This document shows positions 8,843 to 19,275 of a stretch of 34,338 nt of DNA, piece after piece; position 1 is the first letter of the stretch; each line of letters begins with the position of its first letter. The position numbers and the translations under genes are program-made. This DNA comes from Myxococcales bacterium (GTDB taxonomy: Bacteria > Myxococcota > Myxococcia > Myxococcales > 40CM-4-68-19). The notes beneath the pieces are model-generated. The model did not search any database. It was not told the DNA's origin and worked only from the letters and a program-made list of their open reading frames with translations. The stretch is from the NCBI GenBank assembly GCA_038231075.1, contig JBBRMA010000057.1:1-34338 (forward strand). Reading direction: 5' to 3'.

Positions 8843-9980
8843 GTCGGGCGAGCGCCGGCGCGCGGGCCTCCGAACCAGCGGTGAGCGACGCGAGCAGCCC
8901 CGCGAGGGCCGCCGGGATGCCCTTCAAGTCGGAGCCGATTCGCAGGCGGTAGAGCGGGAGCTGACTGACGAGCGCGGAGATCGCCTCCAGCGTCTGTTGA
9001 CCCACTCCCGGAACCAGCAGGATCGACGAGGGCGCGAGCGCCAGCAGCACCTCCGCGCGCGTCGCCTCTTCGATGCGGCTCTCGCGCGACTCGAGGGCGA
9101 GCACCGGCACGGCGATGGCGCGCAGCGGGAGGACGGGGGCGAGCCTGTCCGCCGCGCCGGGAAAGAGCTGCAGCACGGCCTTCTCGTTGGCGGAGTCGAG
9201 CGGCCCGCCCCGCACCACCAGCCGCTCGAGGCTGGGGAAGAGCGCGGTCTGTGCCCGTCCAATCTTGGCGGTGCCGAGGAACGAGTGGACCCGCGGTTCG
9301 CGGGCGTCGGGCTCGAGCACGACGAAGTCGTCGCCCGCGATCTGCAGCCGCCGCATCCCAGGGAGCGCGACCTCGAGGCAGGCGAGCGCGCTGGTTGACT
9401 TGCCCGAGCCGCCCTTGGCCGCGAGCAGCACCGCGCCGGAAGCCGTTCCGATGGCGGCGCCGTGCAAGAGGAAGCGCCCGCGGCTGGCGAGGAACTGCCC
9501 CAGGCACGCGCGCAGCGGCGACGCAGCAGCCCAGGCGGGCAGCTTTGCCACCTCCGGGATCCACTGCAAGCAGCGGCCGCGCGCGAAGTCGGTGAGCGTG
9601 CGGGTGCTGTCGCCCAGATCCAGCCACAAGCCCGGCGCGCTGCGGGCGCTGTCGAGCCCCGCGTCCTGTGCGTCTGGCGCGCGGGCCGCAAATGGACCGT
9701 CGATGAGGGTCACCACCAGGTCCTCGGCGCCGGCCTGCTTCGGGGCGGCGAGGTGGCCAAAGGCCGGATCGAGGATCGCCGCCAGCTCCGGGCCGGCGAA
9801 GCGGAGCCGCACGTTGAAGCCGGCGAGCCGCAGCCTTCTCTCCCCGGCGGCGCCGCGGCCGGCAGCGTAGACGAAGGCGCGGTCCGCGGCTCGGAAGGCC
9901 TGCTCGCGCGCGGTGGTGCTTGCGAAGGGCTCGGGATCGCTCACGGCCGCCTTTGCCCCTGCGCGGCCATGACCGGCCAC
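8820..9980 (-). CDS. HprK-like serine kinase, in which only the C-terminal domain of HPr kinase/phosphorylase is P-loop-related. I recall TIGRFAMs defines 'HprK-related kinase A/B' families that co-occur with a PqqD-family protein, but I cannot verify this here
   Basis: LLHGAAIGTASGAVLLAAKGGSGKSTSALACLEVA resembles the HprK catalytic P-loop region. It lies immediately downstream of the PqqD-like gene. The N-terminal start is uncertain (GTG 9980 or later). Confidence 0.65.
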   Translation of the reverse strand: MAGHGRAGAKAAVSDPEPFASTTAREQAFRAADRAFVYAAGRGAAGERRLRLAGFNVRLRFAGPELAAILDPAFGHLAAPKQAGAEDLVVTLIDGPFAARAPDAQDAGLDSARSAPGLWLDLGDSTRTLTDFARGRCLQWIPEVAKLPAWAAASPLRACLGQFLASRGRFLLHGAAIGTASGAVLLAAKGGSGKSTSALACLEVALPGMRRLQIAGDDFVVLEPDAREPRVHSFLGTAKIGRAQTALFPSLERLVVRGGPLDSANEKAVLQLFPGAADRLAPVLPLRAIAVPVLALESRESRIEEATRAEVLLALAPSSILLVPGVGQQTLEAISALVSQLPLYRLRIGSDLKGIPAALAGLLASLTAGSEARAPALARLAEPLLA

Positions 9981-10408
9981 CCAGAGGCCTCGACGTCGTG
10001 CACCGGATCGGCGTTGAGCAGGAACTTGAGGTCGGTGAAGGTCTCCACGCTCGGGGCCTCGAACGGTCTCTTCTCGGCAGCCGCGGCGCCCACGCCGTTC
10101 GGGGCGGCGGCGATTTGCGCTGCGTGACCTGCGGCGGCCGCGGGGCGAACGAGCTCCAGGACCAGCAGCTCCTCGAGGAAGCGCGCGACCGCCGCGTCGA
10201 TGACCGACGCCGCGCCATCGGTCTGCCGGGCGAGGAGGGCGCCGAGCTCTCGCAAAGGTCCTCCGCGGGCGACGACTTCGAAGAGCTGGCCGCCGCTCCC
10301 CCGGAGGCTGTGGTACGTGCCGCGAGAGAGGTGCACCAAGATCACCTCACCGTCGATCGACTGGAAGATCACGTCGGCCGGAACGAGAAAACGATCCTCA
10401 GGATTCAT
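9941..10408 (-). CDS. PqqD-family protein (RiPP recognition element-like peptide chaperone) with an unusual ~65-aa C-terminal extension
   Basis: FQSIDGEVILVHLSRGTYHSLRGSGGQLFEVVARG...AAVARFLEELLVLELV matches the PqqD/RRE fold signature. Start ATG 10408 (MNPED) with GGAGGA 7 nt upstream; the track ORF starts at an upstream GTG. Confidence 0.7.
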   Translation of the reverse strand: MNPEDRFLVPADVIFQSIDGEVILVHLSRGTYHSLRGSGGQLFEVVARGGPLRELGALLARQTDGAASVIDAAVARFLEELLVLELVRPAAAAGHAAQIAAAPNGVGAAAAEKRPFEAPSVETFTDLKFLLNADPVHDVEASGWPVMAAQGQRRP

Positions 10409-10532
10409 TTTCATCCTCCGGCAACGCGGCGGCGATCCATGGGCCCCTCCTGCTGGACACACGACTCGGCGATCATTTCACTGTCCGGCGACTGATTTTG
10501 CGAGAGCGGCAGATGGGCTTAGGGTTTGACGT
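10409..10532. promoter_or_regulatory. Divergent promoter region between the PqqD-kinase-GT2-ABC operon (-) and the GT2-nucleotidyltransferase operon (+)
   Basis: 124-bp gap between divergent starts. No promoter motif could be confidently assigned. Confidence 0.3.
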
Positions 10533-11228
10533 GTGAGCGCGATCAGCGTCGTCATCCCGGTCTTCAACGGCGAGCGCTACCTCGCTGCCGCCGTCGAGAG
10601 CGTCCTCGCGCAGGATCTCGCCGCCGCCGAAATCCTCCTCATCGACGACGGATCTACCGACGGCAGCGCGGAGATCGCGAGCGGGCTGGCAGCGCGCGCG
10701 CCCACCGTGCGGCTCGTCCGCCGCGAGCACGAAGGCGGGGCGCAGGCGCTGAACCACGGGATCGCGCTGGCCGCGGGCGAGCGGCTCGCTTTCCTGGACG
10801 CCGATGATCTCTGGTTGCCCGGCAAGCTCTCGCTGCAAGCGGCGGCGCTCGACGCCGATCCCGCGCTCGACCTGGTCTTCGGGCAGATGCGGCAGTTCAT
10901 CAGCCCGGAGCTCGCTCCCGAGGAGCAGGCCAGGCTCCACTGCCCCGCGGGGCCGCAGCCGGGCCACGTGATCTCGTCGCTCCTGGCCCGCCGCAGCGCC
11001 TTCGAGCGCGTGGGTCGCCTGGCCGCCGATCTGCGCACCGGCTGGTTCATCGACTGGTGCATGCGCGGAGCCGACCTCGGCCTCCGCCAGGCCACGCTGC
11101 CCGAGGTGGTGCTCGCCCGGCGCCTGCACGATCAGAACCTAGGGCGGCGCGATGCCGCCGGCCGGATCGACTATGTCGAGGTGGTGCGGCGCAACCTCAA
11201 GCGCCGGCGAGAGGCGGCAAAGCGTTGA
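10533..11228 (+). CDS. Family-2 glycosyltransferase (231 aa)
   Basis: MSAISVVIPVFNGERYL...LIDDGSTDGS...FLDADD motifs. GTG start. Confidence 0.8.
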   Translation: MSAISVVIPVFNGERYLAAAVESVLAQDLAAAEILLIDDGSTDGSAEIASGLAARAPTVRLVRREHEGGAQALNHGIALAAGERLAFLDADDLWLPGKLSLQAAALDADPALDLVFGQMRQFISPELAPEEQARLHCPAGPQPGHVISSLLARRSAFERVGRLAADLRTGWFIDWCMRGADLGLRQATLPEVVLARRLHDQNLGRRDAAGRIDYVEVVRRNLKRRREAAKR

Positions 11229-12433
11229 AGCGCCATTGGCATCCGACGCCGGCGCAGACGCTGCTGCTGCACGCGGCGCTCGACAGCGGCAGCTCGTCGG
11301 TCGCCGCCTGGGACGCGTGGAGAAAAGGCGGCGGGGACATCCAGAAGCTCGACCACCTCTCCGCGCGGCTCTTGCCGTTGATCGCCAGGAACCTGGTCGA
11401 GAATGGAGTGCCCGAGCCTGAGCTCGGCCTCTTGCGGGGCGTGCGCAAATACTCCTGGGTCCAGCACGTCGAGCGCGTCCGGTGCATCGCGCCGTTCGCG
11501 GGCGCGCTGGTCGCGGCCGGTTTGCAAGTGGTGTTCCTCAAGGGCATCGCGCTGGCCCCGCTCTATTACAGCGAGCTCGGGCTGCGGATGTTTACCGACG
11601 TGGACGTCCTGGTCCACCCCGCCGACGTGCCGCGCGCCGTCGCCGTCCTCGCGCAGCATGGCGTCCTTCCCAGCACCTCGCACCCGAGGTCGTTGCGAAG
11701 AGCGCTGGCGGGTCAAGTCAACCTCGCAGACCAGGGCTACCAGCATGGCCTGCCCTTCTCCAAGGCCGACCAGCCCGATGGGTTCGAGCTCGATCTGCAC
11801 TGGTCGGTGATGCACACCAACGTCGGGCCCCACAGCGACGAGGCGATCTGGAGCCGGGTGGTGCCGTTCGCCGTCGCTGGCGTCAGCGGCTTCACGCTCT
11901 CCACCACCGACCACCTGCTGCACGTCATCATCCATGGGCTCGCCTTCAATGAGTCTCCCACCATCCGCTGGATCACCGACGCGCTCGCCATCCTCCGCAA
12001 GGCCGGGCCGCCCGGGCAGGCGGTGGATTGGGAGCTCTTCCTCGAGGAGACTTTGCGACGCGGCCTTGCGCTCCCCGCGTGCGAGGCGCTCGATTACCTG
12101 GTCGCGGAGCTGGACGCGCCGGTGCCCCCGTGGGTGCGCGAACGCCTCGCTCGCGCCAGCCCCAACTGGAGGGCGCGCCTGCGCTACGCCGATCTCCTGC
12201 AAAACTGGCGCGAGGTGCGATCGCCGGGCACGCTGTTCGCCGGCGTCAGCCGCTTCCTCGAGGGGCGCCCGCCGCTCGACGCGCTCCGCGTCGGCACGCT
12301 TTACTTCCGCCACCGCCTCGATCAGCGCGGAGCCGCCTTCGCCACCCGGCACCTGGCGTTGTCGCTGGCGGGGCTGCTTCCCGGCCGGCTGCTCAACGCC
12401 TTCCGACGGCGCGGCTGGCTCGAGCACCGCTAG
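11225..12433 (+). CDS. Uncharacterised nucleotidyltransferase family protein (PF14907, NTP_transf_5-like)
   Basis: VVFLKGIALAPLYYSELGLRMFTDVDVLVHPADV motif. The TTG start overlaps the GT2 TGA stop (TTGA), which implies translational coupling. The ORF-track N-terminus upstream of this is a GC artefact. Confidence 0.65.
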   Translation: MKRHWHPTPAQTLLLHAALDSGSSSVAAWDAWRKGGGDIQKLDHLSARLLPLIARNLVENGVPEPELGLLRGVRKYSWVQHVERVRCIAPFAGALVAAGLQVVFLKGIALAPLYYSELGLRMFTDVDVLVHPADVPRAVAVLAQHGVLPSTSHPRSLRRALAGQVNLADQGYQHGLPFSKADQPDGFELDLHWSVMHTNVGPHSDEAIWSRVVPFAVAGVSGFTLSTTDHLLHVIIHGLAFNESPTIRWITDALAILRKAGPPGQAVDWELFLEETLRRGLALPACEALDYLVAELDAPVPPWVRERLARASPNWRARLRYADLLQNWREVRSPGTLFAGVSRFLEGRPPLDALRVGTLYFRHRLDQRGAAFATRHLALSLAGLLPGRLLNAFRRRGWLEHR

Positions 12434-12512
12434 AGGATCGACTTGTCGTGCGAAGACCCGCTTTGATCGACGCCACTTCACGCCACTGCCTGCCGCCCGA
12501 GGAAGGAAGAGC

Positions 12513-12608
12513 TTGCGCGCTTCGCTGAAGACCAGGCTGTCCGGCCTCGTGCGCTGGCCAGCGCTGGCTGCGCTCGGATTGATGGCGCTCCAGGTCGCGC
12601 TCCTCTGA
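12513..12608 (+). CDS. Candidate small ORF (31 aa, MRASLKTRLSGLVRWPALAALGLMALQVALL) with a basic N-terminus and hydrophobic tail
   Basis: TTG start 3-6 nt after a strong SD-like GGAAGGAAGAG. Third-position GC is ~85%, consistent with coding. It is short and has no homology support. Confidence 0.2.
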   Translation: MRASLKTRLSGLVRWPALAALGLMALQVALL

Positions 12609-12615
12609 CCGCTGT

Positions 12616-13017
12616 TTGGACCGGGCGAACCGTACGGAGACGACCTCACCATCCACTTCGCCGAGATCGCCCATCTCCGCAAAGCCCTGGCCGGCGGCGA
12701 TTTTCAACTTCTGGGATACTCAAGCAGAAGATCGAGATGCGCTCCTCCTGCCTCACCGAGTCTCCACCGGCGATCCCTCCGGCAATAGCAACTACGGCTA
12801 CTACAGCGACAACAATTATCCACATAACGTTTACTATGGAAAGCCGCCCGCACCGGCCGGCGATATCTACGGCGCGCAGGTGCCAGCAGCGCAACTCAAC
12901 CAGATCCGGGTCAAGGACAGGGCCGGCTTCACCAGCAGCTGGAAGCGGCACGAGAGGGTGCCGGTGCCTGCCACCGCCGTCACGCTCGGGGCATCGCAAT
13001 GCTCCTCTTGGCGGTGA
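12616..13017 (+). other. Ambiguous low-GC patch whose best-scoring frame encodes a Gly/Tyr/Asn-rich low-complexity peptide (...DPSGNSNYGYYSDNNYPHNVYYGKPPAPAGDIYGAQ...). No convincing start codon or SD
   Basis: GC3 is moderately high in this frame only. The competing frames (12737..13135 + and 12646..12999 -) have poor GC3. Confidence 0.15.
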
Positions 13018-13184
13018 CTTCCCGCTCGCGCCCGGCCAACAAGGCCTGCCCGCTGCCTCTTTGCCAGACCTTGAGTATGGGGGGAGAACTAGACATCTAG
13101 TGAGTCAGCTTGAGTACTCAAACGCGACCGCCTGACGTCTCCTTCACCCCCCCTCCCAATGTCAGGCAAATAGGCGGCCGGCAG

Positions 13185-13307
13185 GCAGAGGGCCGGGCGC
13201 GGCTTCAGGGCTCCCGACGCAAATCCAAACAGTGCGAGCGCAGCGAGCCACCTCGATCGGGTGGGCGCCCGTGCCGCGCCCGACCCTCTGCCTGCCGGCG
13301 GCCGGTA
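13185..13307. repeat. Long imperfect inverted repeat with 27-bp arms (13185-13211 / 13281-13307, one mismatch) flanking a 69-nt core. MITE-like or large structured element
   Basis: Arm ccggcaggcagagggccgggcgcgg versus ccgcgcccgaccctctgcctgccgg, read directly. It lies between convergent genes. Confidence 0.4.
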
Positions 13308-13333
13308 CCCTACCGGTGCTGATTTGACTGGCA

Positions 13334-14527
13334 TTAGGTCTTAACTAGACTCGGTTCTGGAGCGCCGGGGTTGAGCGCTTTCTCGAAGTCCGCGGTGTGA
13401 CCGAGCGCGCTGACCGCGCCGGGCCCCGCGGGCACCTGGTACATGACCATCCCCATCCTCCGGGGGCCGAGTGTCTTGGCGACGAACGCTTGCGTCGCCG
13501 CTGGACCCCCGTGCCGGGGAGCGCCGCCGTAGATCCCCATCTGGATCTGCCACGGCTTGAGGCCTGCCGCGCCCAGCGCGTACTCCACCGAGCGGCCGAC
13601 GAGCTCGAAGCTGAAATCGAGCGTGTCGTAGCACATCGGTCGCGCGATCAAATTCGGGGTGTCCCGGGCGAACGCAAACGGCTGCGCTTGGATCCCGGCC
13701 ATGCAGTCAACCCCGTCCACCTTTCCTTCCGCGGTGAAGGGCGCGGTCGCGTAAGAGACGATCCCGGCGCGGCTCTTCAGGTTCTCGCAGACCGATGCAT
13801 AGAGGAGCCCCAGATTGTTCTTTTGCGCGGCACCGAGGCTGGTGATCTCTAGGTCGAAGCCGATTCCGTCGGCATCGTACTTGACGACGAAGTCGGAGAC
13901 CGCCTTTGCGTGATCGCGGACCTGCTGTTCGCCGATGGACGCCAGCCAATTCGTAAAGCCTCTGCAGTACTCGTCGCCCCGCTTGTCGTTGGGGTCGTTG
14001 CCGATGGTGTAGCCGAGGAGAACCTGGACGCCGCGGGCATGGAGCTCCTCGACGAGCCGGCTGATGTAGTCGCCGCGGACGTTGTCGAGCAGCGGCTGCT
14101 GGCCCTTCGAAAGTCCGCCGGGCCGGAAGGCGTCGGACCAGGCGACCGCGGCGCCGCCGCCTTTCCAGTTGCGCTCGTCGGCGCTGATGGTGTTCACGAG
14201 CGAGAGGTCGTCGACGCGCGCCCGCTTGATCAAGTCGAGCTGGGCAGTGTCGAGGCCCACCTTGGTGGTGAGGCTCTTCACGAAAGGCGCGCCGAAGGAC
14301 CAGATGGACATCCGCGCACGCGCCGAAGGATCGGACTGCGGCGCGCGTTGCTCCGCTGCCGCCGCTGGCTTTGCCGGCGATTTCGCGTCTTGGATCGGGC
14401 TCTGCCGCGCAGAGGGGCCGCCGCCAGCTGCTGCCCGGGCGCTCTCAGGCCGGAGAGGAACCACCACGCTCAGCTCCTGCCCTGTCGAGCCCGTGATCCC
14501 ACCGCGAACATAGCTGACCTGTGCCAT
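13334..14527 (-). CDS. Hypothetical protein with a GH18-like (hevamine-type) TIM-barrel signature and a ~95-aa disordered N-terminal region
   Basis: YDADGIGFDLE resembles the GH18 D-G-x-D-x-D-x-E motif, with the second Asp replaced. ATG 14527 has AAGGGGGG ~9 nt upstream. Alternative start ATG 14311. Confidence 0.55.
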   Translation of the reverse strand: MAQVSYVRGGITGSTGQELSVVVPLRPESARAAAGGGPSARQSPIQDAKSPAKPAAAAEQRAPQSDPSARARMSIWSFGAPFVKSLTTKVGLDTAQLDLIKRARVDDLSLVNTISADERNWKGGGAAVAWSDAFRPGGLSKGQQPLLDNVRGDYISRLVEELHARGVQVLLGYTIGNDPNDKRGDEYCRGFTNWLASIGEQQVRDHAKAVSDFVVKYDADGIGFDLEITSLGAAQKNNLGLLYASVCENLKSRAGIVSYATAPFTAEGKVDGVDCMAGIQAQPFAFARDTPNLIARPMCYDTLDFSFELVGRSVEYALGAAGLKPWQIQMGIYGGAPRHGGPAATQAFVAKTLGPRRMGMVMYQVPAGPGAVSALGHTADFEKALNPGAPEPSLVKT

Positions 14528-14746
14528 CGGAACGACCCCCCTTGCGCCCCCGACACCAGCTGCGAAGCGCTGCACAAGGAGTACGTGGTGAAGAGCCAGG
14601 TGGCGCACCGGGCGCTTTCCGCCACTGTGCGTGGGTGGCCACGCGCCCCGACCAATTCATTCGCAGCCTGCGGCAAACTCAAGAGCGGCAAAGAGGAGCG
14701 CGGCCGCGGCATGGACCCCGCCGCGGCTGAGGGCTAGGCTGGCCAG

Positions 14747-15646
14747 GTGTCGACGACCGGCGAAGCCTTTCGCGCCAACGCGCCGCTTGCGCTCGGCGAC
14801 AGCTGGAACCCGAGCCTCTCGGCCGCGATGGATGAGGTGGTCGCGCGCGGAGCCGCCGCCTGGCCAGAGCTCGCAGTGGAGCCTGCGGCGGTCGTCGCGC
14901 AAGCGGCGCGAGCGCTTCCCCGAACGCTGGCCGCAGGAGCGCTCGCAGACACCATCGCCTCGCTGCACGCCGCCGACCTGCACCTCGCGTGCGGCTGCGC
15001 GCTCGGATCGGCAGCGGCGCTGTCAGCGTTCGACCGCCGATTCCTCGCCGCCGGAGTGCTGCGGGCGGCGCTCGCGCGCATCGACACCGCGCCGGCCTTC
15101 GCCGACGAGGTGAGCCAGATGCTGCGCGAGAAGCTGCTGCTGGCGCGGCCCGGCGCGCCACCGCGCATCGCTGAGTACTCGGGCCGGAGACCGCTCTCGA
15201 GCTGGGTGCGGGCCATCGCGGTGCACGCCGCGGTCGACCTGCGCCGCAGCGGCGGGGCGGCCAACGCCCCTTCGGCCGACGAGCGCGCCGCCGATCAGCT
15301 CGTGGGTGGCGAGAGCCCGGAGCTGCAATATCTGCAGCTCCGCTACGGCCCGATTCTTCGAGAGGCGCTGAGCGCTTCTTTTGCCTTGCTCGACGACGAG
15401 CAGGCAAATCTGCTCCGCCTCCAGCTCGTCGATGGGCTGCGCACGCCGCAGATCGCGGCGCTCTTCGGTGTCGCCCGCTCGACCGTCAACCGGCGCCTCA
15501 CGAGCTGCCGCGAGCTCCTGCTGGCCGAGTCGCAGAAGCGGCTGCGCGAGAAGCTGCACCTGAGCCCCTCCGAGTTCGAGAGCCTCGCGGGACTCTTGCG
15601 AGGCGAGCTTTATCTCTCGCTGGGCCGGCTGCTCAAGCGGTCCTGA
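14747..15646 (+). CDS. ECF-like sigma-70 family RNA polymerase sigma factor with a ~90-aa N-terminal extension
   Basis: Region 2-like GRRPLSSWVRAIAVHAAVDLRR and a region 4 HTH (LRTPQIAALFGVARSTVNRRLTSCRELL). GTG start; the 5' end is uncertain. Confidence 0.7.
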   Translation: MSTTGEAFRANAPLALGDSWNPSLSAAMDEVVARGAAAWPELAVEPAAVVAQAARALPRTLAAGALADTIASLHAADLHLACGCALGSAAALSAFDRRFLAAGVLRAALARIDTAPAFADEVSQMLREKLLLARPGAPPRIAEYSGRRPLSSWVRAIAVHAAVDLRRSGGAANAPSADERAADQLVGGESPELQYLQLRYGPILREALSASFALLDDEQANLLRLQLVDGLRTPQIAALFGVARSTVNRRLTSCRELLLAESQKRLREKLHLSPSEFESLAGLLRGELYLSLGRLLKRS

Positions 15647-15701
15647 CGCCGCCGTCGGCCTGGCACGTTCAGGTGATCCGAGAAACAAGATGCAGCGTCC
15701 T

Positions 15702-18968
<3,267 letters not shown>

Positions 18969-19275
18969 GGCTTCACGCTCTCCTGGCATCACGCTCTCAC
19001 GGCAGCACCGCCGCGTCACCGGCCGAGGGAAACGAGCCGGGCCGCCGACTGGCCCACCTGGCGCAGTCGCGGGTTCTCGGCGAGGCCCATGATCTCCAAC
19101 CCGAGAGGCCGCGGCCGCCGGGTCTTCGCTCGCCTTTCCAGACGAGCGCGCGGAAGTTCGGCACCAGCCAGTCGCCGTCGTTCTTCGCTGCAATCGACTG
19201 TGTCCAACATGGTGGACATCAGTCACCAAGCCGGGAGCCTGAGGTGTTTTTCGAGCCGTTTGCGCATGATCGGGT

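Noticed and set aside
12646-12999. 117-aa minus-strand ORF with a hydrophobic stretch (MWIIVVAVVAVVAIAGGIAGG)
   Set aside because: Codons are AT-ending (ata att gtt gta), inconsistent with genuine coding in this genome. It is the reverse complement of the Gly/Tyr/Asn-rich frame.
15655-15680. TGGCAC hexamer (sigma-54 -24-like) between the convergent sigma and kinase genes
   Set aside because: There is no matching -12 TTGC element at the correct spacing, and the location is between two gene 3' ends.
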